Of a stretch of 64,000 nucleotides of DNA, positions 1 through 12,597 are shown piece by piece. The number at the start of each line of letters is the position of its first letter. The stretch's first letter is position 1. The position numbers were made by a program, and so were the translations under genes. A model generated the notes under the pieces. The model was given only the letters and a program-made list of their open reading frames with translations. It made no database searches and was not told the origin of the DNA. The stretch is from a bacterium (lineage in GTDB: Bacteria > SZUA-182 > DTGQ01), in NCBI GenBank assembly GCA_040752695.1, contig JBFMGO010000015.1, positions 12,022-76,021 on the forward strand, in the 5' to 3' direction.

Positions 1-1
1 G

Positions 2-1978
<1,977 letters not shown>

Positions 1979-1990
1979 AGGAGAGACATC

Positions 1991-2314
1991 GTGGACCGGC
2001 AAAAGGCGTTACCTGGAAAGAAACCGTATCTTCTGGACCTTTTTCATACCGATCAGCCTGAGTCAAAAAGCACTCCTGGCTTAAAAGGCATTCCTGGATC
2101 GAAAGGCATCACCGGATCGAAAGGCAAACCTGAAAAGGATCCATTTCCCATCAAACGGGATAAATCCATGCATGCGGACAACGAGCCCCCGTCTTTACGT
2201 CTGAGTGCTTTCAGAAAGGAAGTCCAGACTGAAAAGATAGATTTTGTTACCTATACCGAAGAAATCAGCTTTGAAAATTTTTGCAGGTACAGGCCGGATA
2301 AAGAAAATCGCTAA
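1991..2314 (+). CDS. Hypothetical protein, Lys/Gly/Pro-rich
   Basis: GTG start after aaggagag RBS, directly downstream of the ATPase; 18-bp internal repeats (KGIPGS/KGITGS); no family recognised. Confidence 0.45.
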   Translation: MDRQKALPGKKPYLLDLFHTDQPESKSTPGLKGIPGSKGITGSKGKPEKDPFPIKRDKSMHADNEPPSLRLSAFRKEVQTEKIDFVTYTEEISFENFCRYRPDKENR

Positions 2315-2405
2315 GACAGCCGCATCATCGTTTCCGTTCTCTCTGAGAACACCTGATTAACCTTAAGAATACCCGGTTGACTTTAAGAAAATCCAATTAA
2401 CCTTT

Positions 2406-2466
2406 GCTGTTTTGAAAAACCTGAAGCTGTTTTGAAAAATCCGAAGCAGGTATAAAAAACCTGAAT
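2406..2466 (+). repeat. Three about 20-bp direct repeats (gctgttttgaaaaacctgaa-like) upstream of the ATP synthase operon
   Basis: gctgttttgaaaaacctgaa-gctgttttgaaaaatccgaa-gcaggtataaaaaacctgaa. Confidence 0.7.
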
Positions 2467-2500
2467 ATGAAACCCTGGATTGGTACAGGAGTAAACACAT

Positions 2501-2839
2501 ATGGAAGGGGTACCCGAAAGCAGCAGCGTGGTTGAAGAGATATTGGGAGTGGAAAAAAATGCTGGCAGGGCTTTGGAAGAGGCCAAAGAAAAAGCAATCC
2601 AGATGATTCTTCAGGCGAAAAGTGCCTCGCGCAGGCAGATCGACAAAACCAGAGAGGATCTGCAAAAAAAGCGAGAGACTCTGGAGCACAGGCTCCACGC
2701 AGAAGGAGAGGCGGAGGTGACCCGGATTATCATCGAGAAAGAGCAGGCTATTCAACGAATCAAAGAAAAAGCCGATCAGCGGCGTGAACTGGTAATGAAA
2801 GAGCTTCGAGAGATACTATTTGGTGATCTGGAATGTTGA
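2501..2839 (+). CDS. V/A-type ATP synthase peripheral stalk subunit G/H
   Basis: 112-aa E/K/A-rich coiled coil, AGGAG RBS, first gene of the operon. Confidence 0.75.
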   Translation: MEGVPESSSVVEEILGVEKNAGRALEEAKEKAIQMILQAKSASRRQIDKTREDLQKKRETLEHRLHAEGEAEVTRIIIEKEQAIQRIKEKADQRRELVMKELREILFGDLEC

Positions 2840-3897
2840 AAGCGGCTATCCAATATGCCTACATCAATGCCAAAATCCGGGCATTGAAAAGCCGAATGCT
2901 GTGCGGGGCCGATTACGAAAACCTGCTCGGCGTCTCCGGTTACTGCGGTATGGCCGAGTGTCTCAAGACTACCTGGTATGGTGCGGCCTTAAGCCAGTTC
3001 CCGGCCTCTTTCGACGGATTGATCCGGTTGTTCTATCAGGATCTGTTTGATTGCTATGGAAAGGTTATCCTCTCCCTGTCCGGGAACCGGAAATTGCTGA
3101 TACAGCATCTGTACCAAAAATACGAGTTGGAAAATCTCAAAGCCATCCTGAGAATCATTTGTCAGGCCAAGCCAAAGGAGAGCATGGAGCAGCTTCTGCT
3201 CCCGACAGGTGAGCGTCAGAGCTTTTCTCCCCAGGCATTACTCCAGGCGGGGAGTCTGGAGGAAGTCCTCCTCAAGTTGAAGGGAACCGGTTACTACAGG
3301 CCGCTGAAGAACGCATTCCACCGATTCGAGGAAGAGAAGGAAACCTTCCCCCTGGAAATGGCACTGGACTTGAGTTATTACAGCCACTTGTGGAAAATCG
3401 TCTCCTCCCTTGGCCGTCGGGATCAAAAGATTGTCAAAAGTATTCTTGGTGTTCAGATGGATGTCTTGAATATCACCTGGATTTTTCGATTCAAGGAAAT
3501 ATATCACTTTTCACCGGAGGAGATCCTCAATTATGGGCTGACACAAGGGCGCTACATCTCGTCCGAGCTTCGGAAAAAGATGGCCTACTCGGTTGATCGA
3601 AAAGATGCGGTGGCTCATCTGACAGGGACGCCTTATAAAGCTTTACTGACCGATCCCGCGTCAGCGACCGTCGAGGATAATCCCGAGGCATGCTCAATTC
3701 AGCTATGGCGCTACCTTTTGGCAGTAATTAAAAAGAACTGGCAGGGATTTCCCTTCCACATAGGCATAATCCTGGATTATGTACTCTTCAGAGAGATCGA
3801 AGTCAAGGATCTTGTCAGTATCACTGAAGCAAAACGCATGAACCTTTCTCGTGAGCTGGTGAGTAAATACCTGATCCAAACGGTGCCTTATGATTAA
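2833..3897 (+). CDS. atpC: V/A-type ATP synthase subunit C (d)
   Basis: YAYINAKIRALKSRML N-terminal motif, YELENLK, LEMALDLSYY; operon position. Confidence 0.9.
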   Translation: MLKAAIQYAYINAKIRALKSRMLCGADYENLLGVSGYCGMAECLKTTWYGAALSQFPASFDGLIRLFYQDLFDCYGKVILSLSGNRKLLIQHLYQKYELENLKAILRIICQAKPKESMEQLLLPTGERQSFSPQALLQAGSLEEVLLKLKGTGYYRPLKNAFHRFEEEKETFPLEMALDLSYYSHLWKIVSSLGRRDQKIVKSILGVQMDVLNITWIFRFKEIYHFSPEEILNYGLTQGRYISSELRKKMAYSVDRKDAVAHLTGTPYKALLTDPASATVEDNPEACSIQLWRYLLAVIKKNWQGFPFHIGIILDYVLFREIEVKDLVSITEAKRMNLSRELVSKYLIQTVPYD

Positions 3898-4116
3898 GGA
3901 ATCGATATGGTTAGAGAATCGATGAACCTATTTGCTCAAACACCTGCTCCCCCCTTTGCTCAATACCTGCTCCTCTCCCTTTCTCAAGGGGAATAGGGGG
4001 ATTTTGGGATAAGTTCATGAGAGAACCGAACCCAGGAAATGAAGCCGGAAAAGTATGGCCGCAGATAAAGCGGATTGCTCATAATTATAAGACAATACAC
4101 CTAAGGCATTAGATTT

Positions 4117-4144
4117 CGTCATTCCCGCGAAGGGGGGAATGACG
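4117..4144. repeat. Palindromic REP/dRS3-like element cgtcATTCCC-N8-GGGAATgacg
   Basis: Perfect inverted repeat cgtcattccc/gggaatgacg with an 8-nt core. Confidence 0.7.
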
Positions 4145-4390
4145 AAGAGCGGCTATGATGGCTACTATATGAGCGAAGCGGATTCAGATGACACGGATGT
4201 TGATGGCAAGGATGCAGATGGAAAGAACAGAGATGATATAAATGTAGATGGCACTGGCATAGATGAAGAAGATGTTGATGATGCGAAGACAGATAACACG
4301 GATGTTGATGATACGAATGTAGATAACTCGAATGCAGATGATACGAATGCAGATAACACGGATGTTGATGAAATGGAATCGGAGAGCTGA
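4139..4390 (+). CDS. Putative very acidic low-complexity peptide (15-bp repeats, TDVDD/TNADN) within the ATP synthase operon
   Basis: Open frame ending 5 nt before atpI; could be a non-coding tandem repeat. Confidence 0.35.
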   Translation: MTKSGYDGYYMSEADSDDTDVDGKDADGKNRDDINVDGTGIDEEDVDDAKTDNTDVDDTNVDNSNADDTNADNTDVDEMESES

Positions 4391-4395
4391 ATAAT

Positions 4396-6513
4396 ATGTT
4401 TAGACCTGCTAAAATGGCGAAAATCGATCTACAGGTTCCCCAGGACCATGTTGCCAAAACAACCCACATCGTTGCCAATCTCGAGGTACTGCACCTGATG
4501 AATGTCCGGAAAACCCGGATGGGAGAGCTGGAATCACACGCAGACAGTAATCTGCTGCATAAGTATACGGCTCTGAAAAGGCGGCTTGAGAAAATTTTCC
4601 CCGTGCTGAAAATTGATCAGGGCAATACCGGCAGCGCTTCATCCTCGTCTTCATCAATGAATTCAGATAACTCATCACTGAATTCAGCCATGGAGATAAT
4701 TCCCGATGAAGAATTGAATCCCCACAAAGATATCCTCAGGATCGATCAGGAGGTTCAGCGCCTGGAAGAGATAATTTCCGGTTTAGCCAGAGAAGCGGAA
4801 AACATCGAGAAGACCAGGAAAGAAAAAGAACAACTCCTGAGGCAATTGGAAATCCTTTCCACTACAGGGATAGACATCAACCGGTTCCATGAGTGCCGGT
4901 TTCTGTATGCAGAAGCAGGATTGATACCCATGGAGAACCTGGGGCGGCTGGAGTTCAGCTTGTCAAACGTCTATCACCTGATTGTCCCCTCCATCTGTTT
5001 TGATAAGCAGCGCCTGATCTTCGTTTTTGGTTCGCGCAAGGACCGGCATAACATCGAAAAGGCATTGAAGAGTGCTTATTTTGAAAGAATGGAGGTGCTC
5101 AGGCTCAACCCGGATCACAACAGCCACAGCGCAGGTTTTAAAAGCACCCGCAGCACAGATTTTAAAGGCCCCCACAGTGCAAACCTCTGCACTGACAGCA
5201 GTGATAACCTGGATGATGTGGGCAGACAGATCCGGGAATTGGATGCGGAAAAAGCCCTGATCCAGGACAGACTGGAAGCAGTGAAAAAACAATCAACCGG
5301 CCAAATGCGGCAATTGATGCGAAAGATCATTTTAGCCATTACTGTTTTGGAGATTGAAAAATCCTATGACCAGGTTGACCATATCTATCACATTTCCGGA
5401 TGGGTCCCGTTGAACGTGTTTCCCTCTCTGGAGAAAAAGATCGCGGAAGCAACCGGTCATCAGGTAATAATTACCGTCGCATCTCCAAATGATATATGCC
5501 AGGCAGGTGATTTTTTTAAAATTCCCACCTGCTTTCAGAATCCATTCCTGTTGAAGCCATTTGAAAAACTGGTTGCCGGATATGGCATTCCCTCCTACGG
5601 GGAGGTAGAGCCGACCTTTTTCTTCGCGCTGATATTCCTGCTCATGTTTGGCGTCATGTTCGGTGATGTGGGCCAGGGGATCGTCCTGTTTCTTCTGGGT
5701 TTTTTAGCCTTCAAGCAGTCCGGCAGGGAGAATATACAGGACATGGGCCTGATTGTCATGGAATGCGGAATTATGTCCACTGCTTTCGGCTTCCTCTACG
5801 GCTCCGTATTCGGCTTCGAGCATCTTATCCCTGCTCTCTGGTTCAATCCTATGAAAAATATCTCTTACTTCATGGAAGTGACCATAGGCTTTGGTATGGC
5901 TATTATCAGTATCGGGCTGGTCTTAAACATTATCAACTCCATCAGGAACAGAGATTACAAAGGGGGAATCTTCGGCGAATTCGGTATTATGGGCCTTGTG
6001 TTTTATTGGGGATGCATCGGCCTGGTTCTCTCCTGCCTGGCCACGGGAAAAGTACCCATTCATTTTGGTCACTTGCCGCTGATCCTGTGTCTTCCCCTTT
6101 TGGCCATATTTCTGAAAGAACCCTTATTCAACCTGTACGGCAGGCTGATGCTCAAGAAAAATCAGCCGATCATCCCTGAAAAACCGGGCATCTACTTCAT
6201 GGAGTCGCTGATTGAAGTAGGAGACACGATCATTGCCTTCCTTTCTCATACGGTCTCCTTTATCCGCGTATCCGCATTTGCCCTGGCCCATGCCGGCTTG
6301 TTTCTGGCAGTTTTTACTCTGGCCAGAACCCTGCAAAATCATACAGGCGGGGTTGTGTGGTACTGGCTCACCATGGTCCTGGGAAACATCGGAATTATCA
6401 CCGTAGAGGGGCTTGTTGTCTCTATTCAGACCATCCGCCTGGAGTACTACGAGTTCTTCACTAAATTTTTCCATGGAGGAGGGGAGATATACAGCCCGCT
6501 CAGGGGGATTTAG
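4396..6513 (+). CDS. atpI: V/A-type ATP synthase subunit I (a)
   Basis: MFRPAKM start, GWVP, PFEKLVAGYGIPSYGEVEP, MFGDVGQG, SFIRVSAFALAH (essential Arg), RLEYYEFF. Confidence 0.96.
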   Translation: MFRPAKMAKIDLQVPQDHVAKTTHIVANLEVLHLMNVRKTRMGELESHADSNLLHKYTALKRRLEKIFPVLKIDQGNTGSASSSSSSMNSDNSSLNSAMEIIPDEELNPHKDILRIDQEVQRLEEIISGLAREAENIEKTRKEKEQLLRQLEILSTTGIDINRFHECRFLYAEAGLIPMENLGRLEFSLSNVYHLIVPSICFDKQRLIFVFGSRKDRHNIEKALKSAYFERMEVLRLNPDHNSHSAGFKSTRSTDFKGPHSANLCTDSSDNLDDVGRQIRELDAEKALIQDRLEAVKKQSTGQMRQLMRKIILAITVLEIEKSYDQVDHIYHISGWVPLNVFPSLEKKIAEATGHQVIITVASPNDICQAGDFFKIPTCFQNPFLLKPFEKLVAGYGIPSYGEVEPTFFFALIFLLMFGVMFGDVGQGIVLFLLGFLAFKQSGRENIQDMGLIVMECGIMSTAFGFLYGSVFGFEHLIPALWFNPMKNISYFMEVTIGFGMAIISIGLVLNIINSIRNRDYKGGIFGEFGIMGLVFYWGCIGLVLSCLATGKVPIHFGHLPLILCLPLLAIFLKEPLFNLYGRLMLKKNQPIIPEKPGIYFMESLIEVGDTIIAFLSHTVSFIRVSAFALAHAGLFLAVFTLARTLQNHTGGVVWYWLTMVLGNIGIITVEGLVVSIQTIRLEYYEFFTKFFHGGGEIYSPLRGI

Positions 6514-6622
6514 AATCAGAGTGGTCAGGTCAGAGTGACTCGAAGTCGAGGGATGTGAGGTAAGGGGAATTTGAAATCAAGGAGATTTTAAGACAATTCA
6601 TTCTAGGGAAAGGAGCTGATGA

Positions 6623-6994
<372 letters not shown>

Positions 6995-6998
6995 GGCG

Positions 6999-7307
6999 AT
7001 GAAATTTTTTCTGGTTGGGGACAAAGAGACGGTCCTGGGCTTTTCTCTGGCCGGGGTAGAAGGGGTGGCAGCAGAGACGGACTCAGAAATTCTGAGCGCC
7101 CTTCGCAAGGCGGCCCGGCGCAGTGACATAGGCATTTGTCTGATCACGGAGAAACTGGCCGAGCGGGTGAGGCCGTTCCTGGACAAGATGCTGCTTCGCA
7201 AAAAAGGCGGGACACTGATTCTGGAGATTCCGGATCGCCTCGGCCCTTTGCCGCAAAGACGGTCGGTTGAGGATTTCGCCCTCTCGGCCCTGGGAATCAA
7301 GGTCTGA
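6999..7307 (+). CDS. atpF: V/A-type ATP synthase subunit F
   Basis: GDKETVLGFSLAGV, LILEIP, ALGIKV. Confidence 0.95.
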   Translation: MKFFLVGDKETVLGFSLAGVEGVAAETDSEILSALRKAARRSDIGICLITEKLAERVRPFLDKMLLRKKGGTLILEIPDRLGPLPQRRSVEDFALSALGIKV

Positions 7308-7490
7308 TGCAAGGTCTGATGCGGGGGGGGTATTGACAGGCAGAGGATCGGCAGAGGAAACGGTGTAACAGGATCGGCAGAGGATATGGTGTAACAGGGT
7401 CGGTCAGCGGAGGAAACATTGGTTTGGGTATCGTCAAGATGTGGATAATTCGGTAAGGGCACACACAACTTCGGTATTCGGTAAGGGTAG

Positions 7491-8138
7491 GTGATTATGT
7501 TAAGCAATAATGGAGAAATACTAGCCAGGGTAATCATGGGCGATGCGTTTCAGGAGGCTGAGGCGATTTTAGAGAAAGCGGAAAAGGAGGCGGTCTCCAT
7601 TCGCCAGGAATCGGTGCGGATGCAGGCAGAGATGAGGCGTCAGGCCGAGAGTGATCAGAATCAGTTGGACATATTCCTGGCCAAGGCCAAGATGATATCT
7701 CAGGCAGAGTTGCAGGCGAGGATGGAGCTCATTGATCAGAAGGAGGAGATTTTGCAGGGGGTACTGGATACTTTGCGGAAGGAGTTTTTCTCTTTGCCCG
7801 GCCATCCTGACTATCCTTCCATATTGATGCGGCTGACACTTCAGGGGCTGGCGTGGCTGGAGGGGGATGATTTCATCTGCCAGGTCAACAGCCGGGACCG
7901 CGTCTGGTTCACTGCTCCAGTGCTTGAGAGCATGAGTGCGGAGAGCAGGAAGAAGCTCTCTTTGGACGAGCAGGTGATTGATATTGAGGGCGGGGTAGTA
8001 ATTGTCCGCCGTGATGGCAGGCTTTTGTATGATAATTCCCTTGGTGCCATTTTCCAGCGCAAGGAGGAGGCCATGCGCTCTGCTGCTGCCAGGCAGTTTT
8101 TCAGGGATGAAGAGTCAGGGATGAAGAGTCAGGGATGA
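7491..8138 (+). CDS. atpE: V/A-type ATP synthase subunit E
   Basis: N-terminal coiled coil, GGVVI...YDNSL C-terminal motif. Confidence 0.88.
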   Translation: MIMLSNNGEILARVIMGDAFQEAEAILEKAEKEAVSIRQESVRMQAEMRRQAESDQNQLDIFLAKAKMISQAELQARMELIDQKEEILQGVLDTLRKEFFSLPGHPDYPSILMRLTLQGLAWLEGDDFICQVNSRDRVWFTAPVLESMSAESRKKLSLDEQVIDIEGGVVIVRRDGRLLYDNSLGAIFQRKEEAMRSAAARQFFRDEESGMKSQG

Positions 8139-8482
8139 AGGGCTTGATGCTGCACGGAGCAGGATGAAAGGCTTGATGCTGCACGGAGCAGGATGAAGGG
8201 CTTGATGCTGCACGGAGCAGGGGGGTGCTTGGGCGCATATAAGCGCACGGTGCTTGGGTGTACATAAGCGCATGGTGCTTGGGTGCACATAAGCGCATGG
8301 TGCTTGGGTGCACATAAGCGCACGGTGGCGGGCAGGGTACGATAAGAGCAGGAGGCAGAGGGCAGGGCTGGGCAAGGGCTTTAAGGTAAGGATAAAGGGC
8401 TGGGCAGGGCTTTAAGGTGAGGATAAAGGGCTGGGCAGGGCTTTAAGGTGAGGATAAAGAGCTGGGCAGGGCTTTAAGGTAA
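8103..8482 (+). repeat. Compound intergenic tandem-repeat block (about 14-bp x2-3, 30-bp x3, 25-bp x4, 31-bp x3-4)
   Basis: Units agggatgaagagtc; gggcttgatgctgcacggagcaggatgaa; gtgcttgggtgcacataagcgcatg; gggctgggcagggctttaaggtgaggataaa. Confidence 0.92.
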
Positions 8483-8540
8483 GGTAAAGGTAAGGACAAA
8501 GGGGCAGGACTCACAAAAGGACGGAGAGGTGTGAATAGCG

Positions 8541-10325
8541 ATGTCGAAGTTGTCGAAGGTAGTAGGAGTAGTGGATTGGATCAATGGGCCGGTGGTGAAG
8601 GCGGTTGAGATACATTCCGTAGAGATGATGGAGTTGGTGGAGATAGGCGAGGATCGGCTGATTGGGGAGATCATAGAGCTTGACGAGGACCGGGCCACCA
8701 TACAGGTGTATGAGAGCACCACCGGGTTAAAGCCAGGATCTCAGGTATATGGCACGGGGATACCGCTTTCGGTGGAGTTGGGGCCTGGGTTGATAGGCAA
8801 CATATATGACGGGATACAGCGGCCGTTGAAGAAGATCCACGAGCGGAGCGGAAATTTCATTGGCAAGGGGGTCAAGATATCGCCTCTTGACCGGCAGAGA
8901 GTGTGGCCATTTGTGCCGGTAGCCAAAGAGGGCGAGTATGTGGGGCCTGGGAGCGTATTGGGGCTTGTGCGGGAGACTCCGCTGTTTGAGCACCGGGTGT
9001 TAGTGCCGCCGCAGGTAGAGGGCAGGGTAGAGTACATCAAGAGGGAGGGTGAGTATGGGATAGACGATGCGGTAGCCGGACTTCGCACCCAGCAGGGAGT
9101 GATAGAGGTGAGCATGGTTCATCGCTGGCCGGTACGTCTGGCCAGGCCGTATTTACGCAGGCTGATGCCTGATGAGCCACTGATTACGGGCCAGCGGGTC
9201 ATCGACACCTTCTTTCCGATTGCCAAGGGGGGCACGGCCGGGATTCCGGGCGGGTTTGGCACGGGGAAAACCATCACCCAGCATCAGCTTTCCAAGTGGT
9301 GCGATGCGGACATAATCGTGTACATCGGCTGCGGTGAGCGGGGCAACGAGATGACGGGAGTATTGATGGATTTTCCCAAGCTGATGGATTTAAAGAGGGG
9401 TCGTCCCCTGCTCGAGCGGACCATTCTGATCGCCAACACCTCGGATATGCCCCTGGCGGCCAGGGAGGCCAGCATTTATACGGGCATCACCATTGCCGAG
9501 TATTTCAGGGACATGGGCTATGACGTAGCCCTCATGGCAGATTCGACATCGCGCTGGGCCGAGGCGCTGCGGGAGATATCGGGCAGGCTCGAGGAGATGC
9601 CCGCAGAGGAAGGCTTCCCTGCCTACCTTGCCACGCGGCTTGCCAAGTTCTACGAGCGTGCGGGCAGGGTGCAGACCTTCGGCGAGCGGACCGGATCGGT
9701 CAGCGCCATTTGTGCGGTGTCGCCGCCGGGCGGTGACTTTTCCGAGCCCGTCACCCAGCACACCAAGCGCTTTGTGCGCTCTTTTTGGGGATTGAACAAG
9801 GAGTTGGCCAGCGCCCGCTACTTTCCTGCCATCCATTACATGGAAAGCTACAGCGAGTACCTGGACTTTATCCAGAGCTGGTGGACCAAGGAAGTGGACT
9901 CAAACTGGAAGACGCTCAGGGATGAGGCCATGCAGGTCTTGCAGCAGGACTACAAACTGCAGCGAATCGTCAAGCTGATCGGCGAGGATGCCCTGCCCGA
10001 TGCCCAGAGGCTGGTCCTTGAGGGCGCGCGCATACTCAAGAACGCCTTCCTGCAGCAAAGCGCCTTCGACGAGGTGGATATGTACGCCGTACCCCGCAAG
10101 CAGTTCCTGATGCTCAAGGCCATCATGCACTTTTATCACCGCGCCCGGGATGTGATCAAAGCCCATATTCCGATCCTGCGCATCATGCAGCTTCCGGTCA
10201 TCAACGAGATCAACCGCATGAAGGAGAAAATACCAAACAATAAGTGCGAGCAGTTCGACCTTTTGCTGCAACAGATCGATACCTGCATGGATGAGCTGGA
10301 AAAGGAGAGCATGGCTATCCTGTAA
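8541..10325 (+). CDS. atpA: V/A-type ATP synthase catalytic subunit A
   Basis: PGGFGTGKT Walker [35 protein letters not shown]; no intein. Confidence 0.98.
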   Translation: MSKLSKVVGVVDWINGPVVKAVEIHSVEMMELVEIGEDRLIGEIIELDEDRATIQVYESTTGLKPGSQVYGTGIPLSVELGPGLIGNIYDGIQRPLKKIHERSGNFIGKGVKISPLDRQRVWPFVPVAKEGEYVGPGSVLGLVRETPLFEHRVLVPPQVEGRVEYIKREGEYGIDDAVAGLRTQQGVIEVSMVHRWPVRLARPYLRRLMPDEPLITGQRVIDTFFPIAKGGTAGIPGGFGTGKTITQHQLSKWCDADIIVYIGCGERGNEMTGVLMDFPKLMDLKRGRPLLERTILIANTSDMPLAAREASIYTGITIAEYFRDMGYDVALMADSTSRWAEALREISGRLEEMPAEEGFPAYLATRLAKFYERAGRVQTFGERTGSVSAICAVSPPGGDFSEPVTQHTKRFVRSFWGLNKELASARYFPAIHYMESYSEYLDFIQSWWTKEVDSNWKTLRDEAMQVLQQDYKLQRIVKLIGEDALPDAQRLVLEGARILKNAFLQQSAFDEVDMYAVPRKQFLMLKAIMHFYHRARDVIKAHIPILRIMQLPVINEINRMKEKIPNNKCEQFDLLLQQIDTCMDELEKESMAIL

Positions 10326-10374
10326 CCATGGCTATCCTGGAGGCATGGCTATCCTGGAGGCACGGCTATCCTGT
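10309..10374 (+). repeat. Four copies of ca(t/c)ggctatcctg spanning the atpA stop codon
   Basis: catggctatcctgtaac-catggctatcctggagg-catggctatcctggagg-cacggctatcctgtaaa. Confidence 0.85.
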
Positions 10375-10449
10375 AAACAAAAGAAGCGGTCAGCAGTAAT
10401 AATGATAAGGATATATAGCGAGAAGAGCGAGAAGAGAGGAGCAGCAAAA

Positions 10450-11901
10450 ATGGCAGCGCCGAGTAGTGCTAGTGCAAACAGTGTATTGGGAAAAGAGTAT
10501 GTGGGGGTCTCGAAAGTGGCCGGGCCTCTATTATTCATCGAAGGGATCAGCGGCATAGGGTATGACGAGGTGGTGGAAATACGCATGAAGAGCAATGAGC
10601 TGCGCCACGGACGGGTACTGATCACCAGCCGCTCCACAGCCCTGATCGAGGTATTTGAAGGTACCGGGGGTCTGACCATTTCCACCACCAGAGTGCGGTT
10701 TCAGGGAAAGCCCCTGCAGATTCCGGTCTCAACGGACATGCTGGGCAGAGTGTTCAACGGGCTTGGCATCCCCATCGACGGCGGGCCTTTGCCGATCTAC
10801 CAGGAAAAACGCGACATCAACGGCGCCCCGATCAATCCGGTGGTCAGGGACTACCCCGAGGACTTCATCCAGACGGGCATCTCCACCATAGACTGCATGA
10901 ATACCCTGGTGCGGGGACAGAAGCTGCCGATTTTCTCGGGAAGCGGCCTGCCCCACAACGAATTGGCCGCCCAGATCGTGCGCCAGGCCAGCGTCTGCGG
11001 CCGGAGCGAGCGCTTTGTGGTGGTCTTCGCAGCCATGGGAGTCAAAAACGATGTGGCCCAGATGTTTCGAAAAAGCTTCGAGGAAAGCGGGGTGCTCTCG
11101 CGGGTGGTCATGTTCCTGAACCTGGCCAACGATCCTTCCATCGAGCGGCTGGTGGCACCGCGCTCGGCCCTGACCATAGCCGAGTACCTGGCCTTCGAGC
11201 AGGGCATGCACGTTCTGGTCATCCTCACCGATATGACCAATTACTGCGAGGCCCTGCGGGAGATCTCCACCTCCAAGGGCGAGGTGCCGAGCCGAAAAGG
11301 CTACCCCGGCTACCTGTACAGCGATCTGGCCTCGATCTACGAGCGCGCGGGCCGCATCATAGGATGCCCGGGCTCCATCACCCAGATCCCCATCCTGACC
11401 ATGCCCAATGACGATATCACTCACCCCATCCCCGATCTGACCGGATACATCACCGAAGGCCAGATCGTGCTCGACCGCGAACTGGCTAAAAAGAATATCT
11501 ACCCCCCCATCAATGTGCTGCCCTGCCTGTCGCGGCTGATGAACGACGGCATCGGAGCGGCCAAAACCAGGGAGGACCACGCCAATATCTCGAACCAGCT
11601 CTACGCAGCCTACTCCTATGTGAAAAAGGTGGAAACCCTGGCCTCGATCATCGGAGAGAGCGAACTGTCCGACCGCGATAGACAGTACCTGGAGTTTGGC
11701 AGACAGTTCGAAGAAAATTTCGTGCGACAGGGCCAAAACGAGAACCGCTCCATCGTGAAGACCCTCGACCTGGCCTGGAAAACCGCCTCCTGCCTGCCCA
11801 AGGAAGAATTGATCAGGGTCTCGGAAGCCCAGATCCAAAAGTACTACCCCAAAAACGACACTCCCGACGACAGCCAGTGCAGCGAGGACGATACGGTATA
11901 A
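10450..11901 (+). CDS. atpB: V/A-type ATP synthase subunit B
   Basis: [49 protein letters not shown]; start moved to the ATG after the GAGGAG RBS. Confidence 0.98.
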   Translation: MAAPSSASANSVLGKEYVGVSKVAGPLLFIEGISGIGYDEVVEIRMKSNELRHGRVLITSRSTALIEVFEGTGGLTISTTRVRFQGKPLQIPVSTDMLGRVFNGLGIPIDGGPLPIYQEKRDINGAPINPVVRDYPEDFIQTGISTIDCMNTLVRGQKLPIFSGSGLPHNELAAQIVRQASVCGRSERFVVVFAAMGVKNDVAQMFRKSFEESGVLSRVVMFLNLANDPSIERLVAPRSALTIAEYLAFEQGMHVLVILTDMTNYCEALREISTSKGEVPSRKGYPGYLYSDLASIYERAGRIIGCPGSITQIPILTMPNDDITHPIPDLTGYITEGQIVLDRELAKKNIYPPINVLPCLSRLMNDGIGAAKTREDHANISNQLYAAYSYVKKVETLASIIGESELSDRDRQYLEFGRQFEENFVRQGQNENRSIVKTLDLAWKTASCLPKEELIRVSEAQIQKYYPKNDTPDDSQCSEDDTV

Positions 11902-11958
11902 CCAGATGATACAGGTTTGCGCTAAGAGGAACAGTCATGTTGTATAAGAGGAACAGCT

Positions 11959-12597
11959 ATGTCGAATAAATTGAATCTTTCAGTAACCAGAAGTAACCTG
12001 CTGCGACTGAGAGAAGAGCTCGATTTTGCCCAGGAAGGCTACGAATTGCTGGAGCAGAAGCGGGAGGTTCTGGTCATGGAGGTCATGTCCCTGATCGAAA
12101 AACTCAGGGAGTGGAAAAAACAGGCCGAAACAAGCCTTCAGGCAGCCTACCGTGCGCTGGAGGAGGCCAATATCGTCTTGGGTAAAGAAAGCGTGACCAG
12201 AGCCTCTTTGGCCATTCAGTCCGTTGAGAAAATCAGGGTGCGGGAGCGAAGCATCATGGGTGTGTCCATACCCCAGGTGGCCTTCAGCCGCTGCCAGGGC
12301 CCTTGCCACCACCAGTACGGTTTTGCAGGAACCTCGCCCAGCCTGGACAAGGCTGTGTACCTCTTCAGCTCCGCACTGGAAAAACTGGCCAAACTGGCCG
12401 AGGCCGAAGTCTCCCTCTTTCGCCTGGCCACTGAACTGAAAAAAACTCAGCGCCGCGCTAACTCCCTGCACTATATGTTCATCCCCGAATACCGCGAAAC
12501 AATCAGATACCTGGAAAATACACTCGAAGAAAAAGAACGCGAAGAATTCTTCCAACTCAAACGCGCTAAGGAGTCGCATCAGAAGCAGGTAGAGTGA
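11959..12597 (+). CDS. atpD: V/A-type ATP synthase subunit D
   Basis: TRSNLL, GYELLEQKREVL, ELKKTQRRANSL, LEEKEREEFFQLK. Confidence 0.96.
   Translation: MSNKLNLSVTRSNLLRLREELDFAQEGYELLEQKREVLVMEVMSLIEKLREWKKQAETSLQAAYRALEEANIVLGKESVTRASLAIQSVEKIRVRERSIMGVSIPQVAFSRCQGPCHHQYGFAGTSPSLDKAVYLFSSALEKLAKLAEAEVSLFRLATELKKTQRRANSLHYMFIPEYRETIRYLENTLEEKEREEFFQLKRAKESHQKQVE

Noticed and set aside
4119..4478. His/Cys-rich minus-strand ORF as a metal-binding peptide
   Set aside because: Antisense reading of the 15-bp repeat, overlapping the atpI start
8225..8482. 25-31 bp repeats as a CRISPR array
   Set aside because: Units are directly tandem with no unique spacers, and there are no cas genes in the window
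8541..10325. Intein in ATP synthase subunit A
   Set aside because: Length (594 aa) and continuity around GCGERGNE are normal
10291..10449. N-terminal extension of AtpB given by the ORF track
   Set aside because: Overlaps atpA and tandem repeats; a good RBS precedes the ATG at 10450
10729..11838. 369-aa minus-strand ORF
   Set aside because: Antisense shadow of the highly conserved atpB
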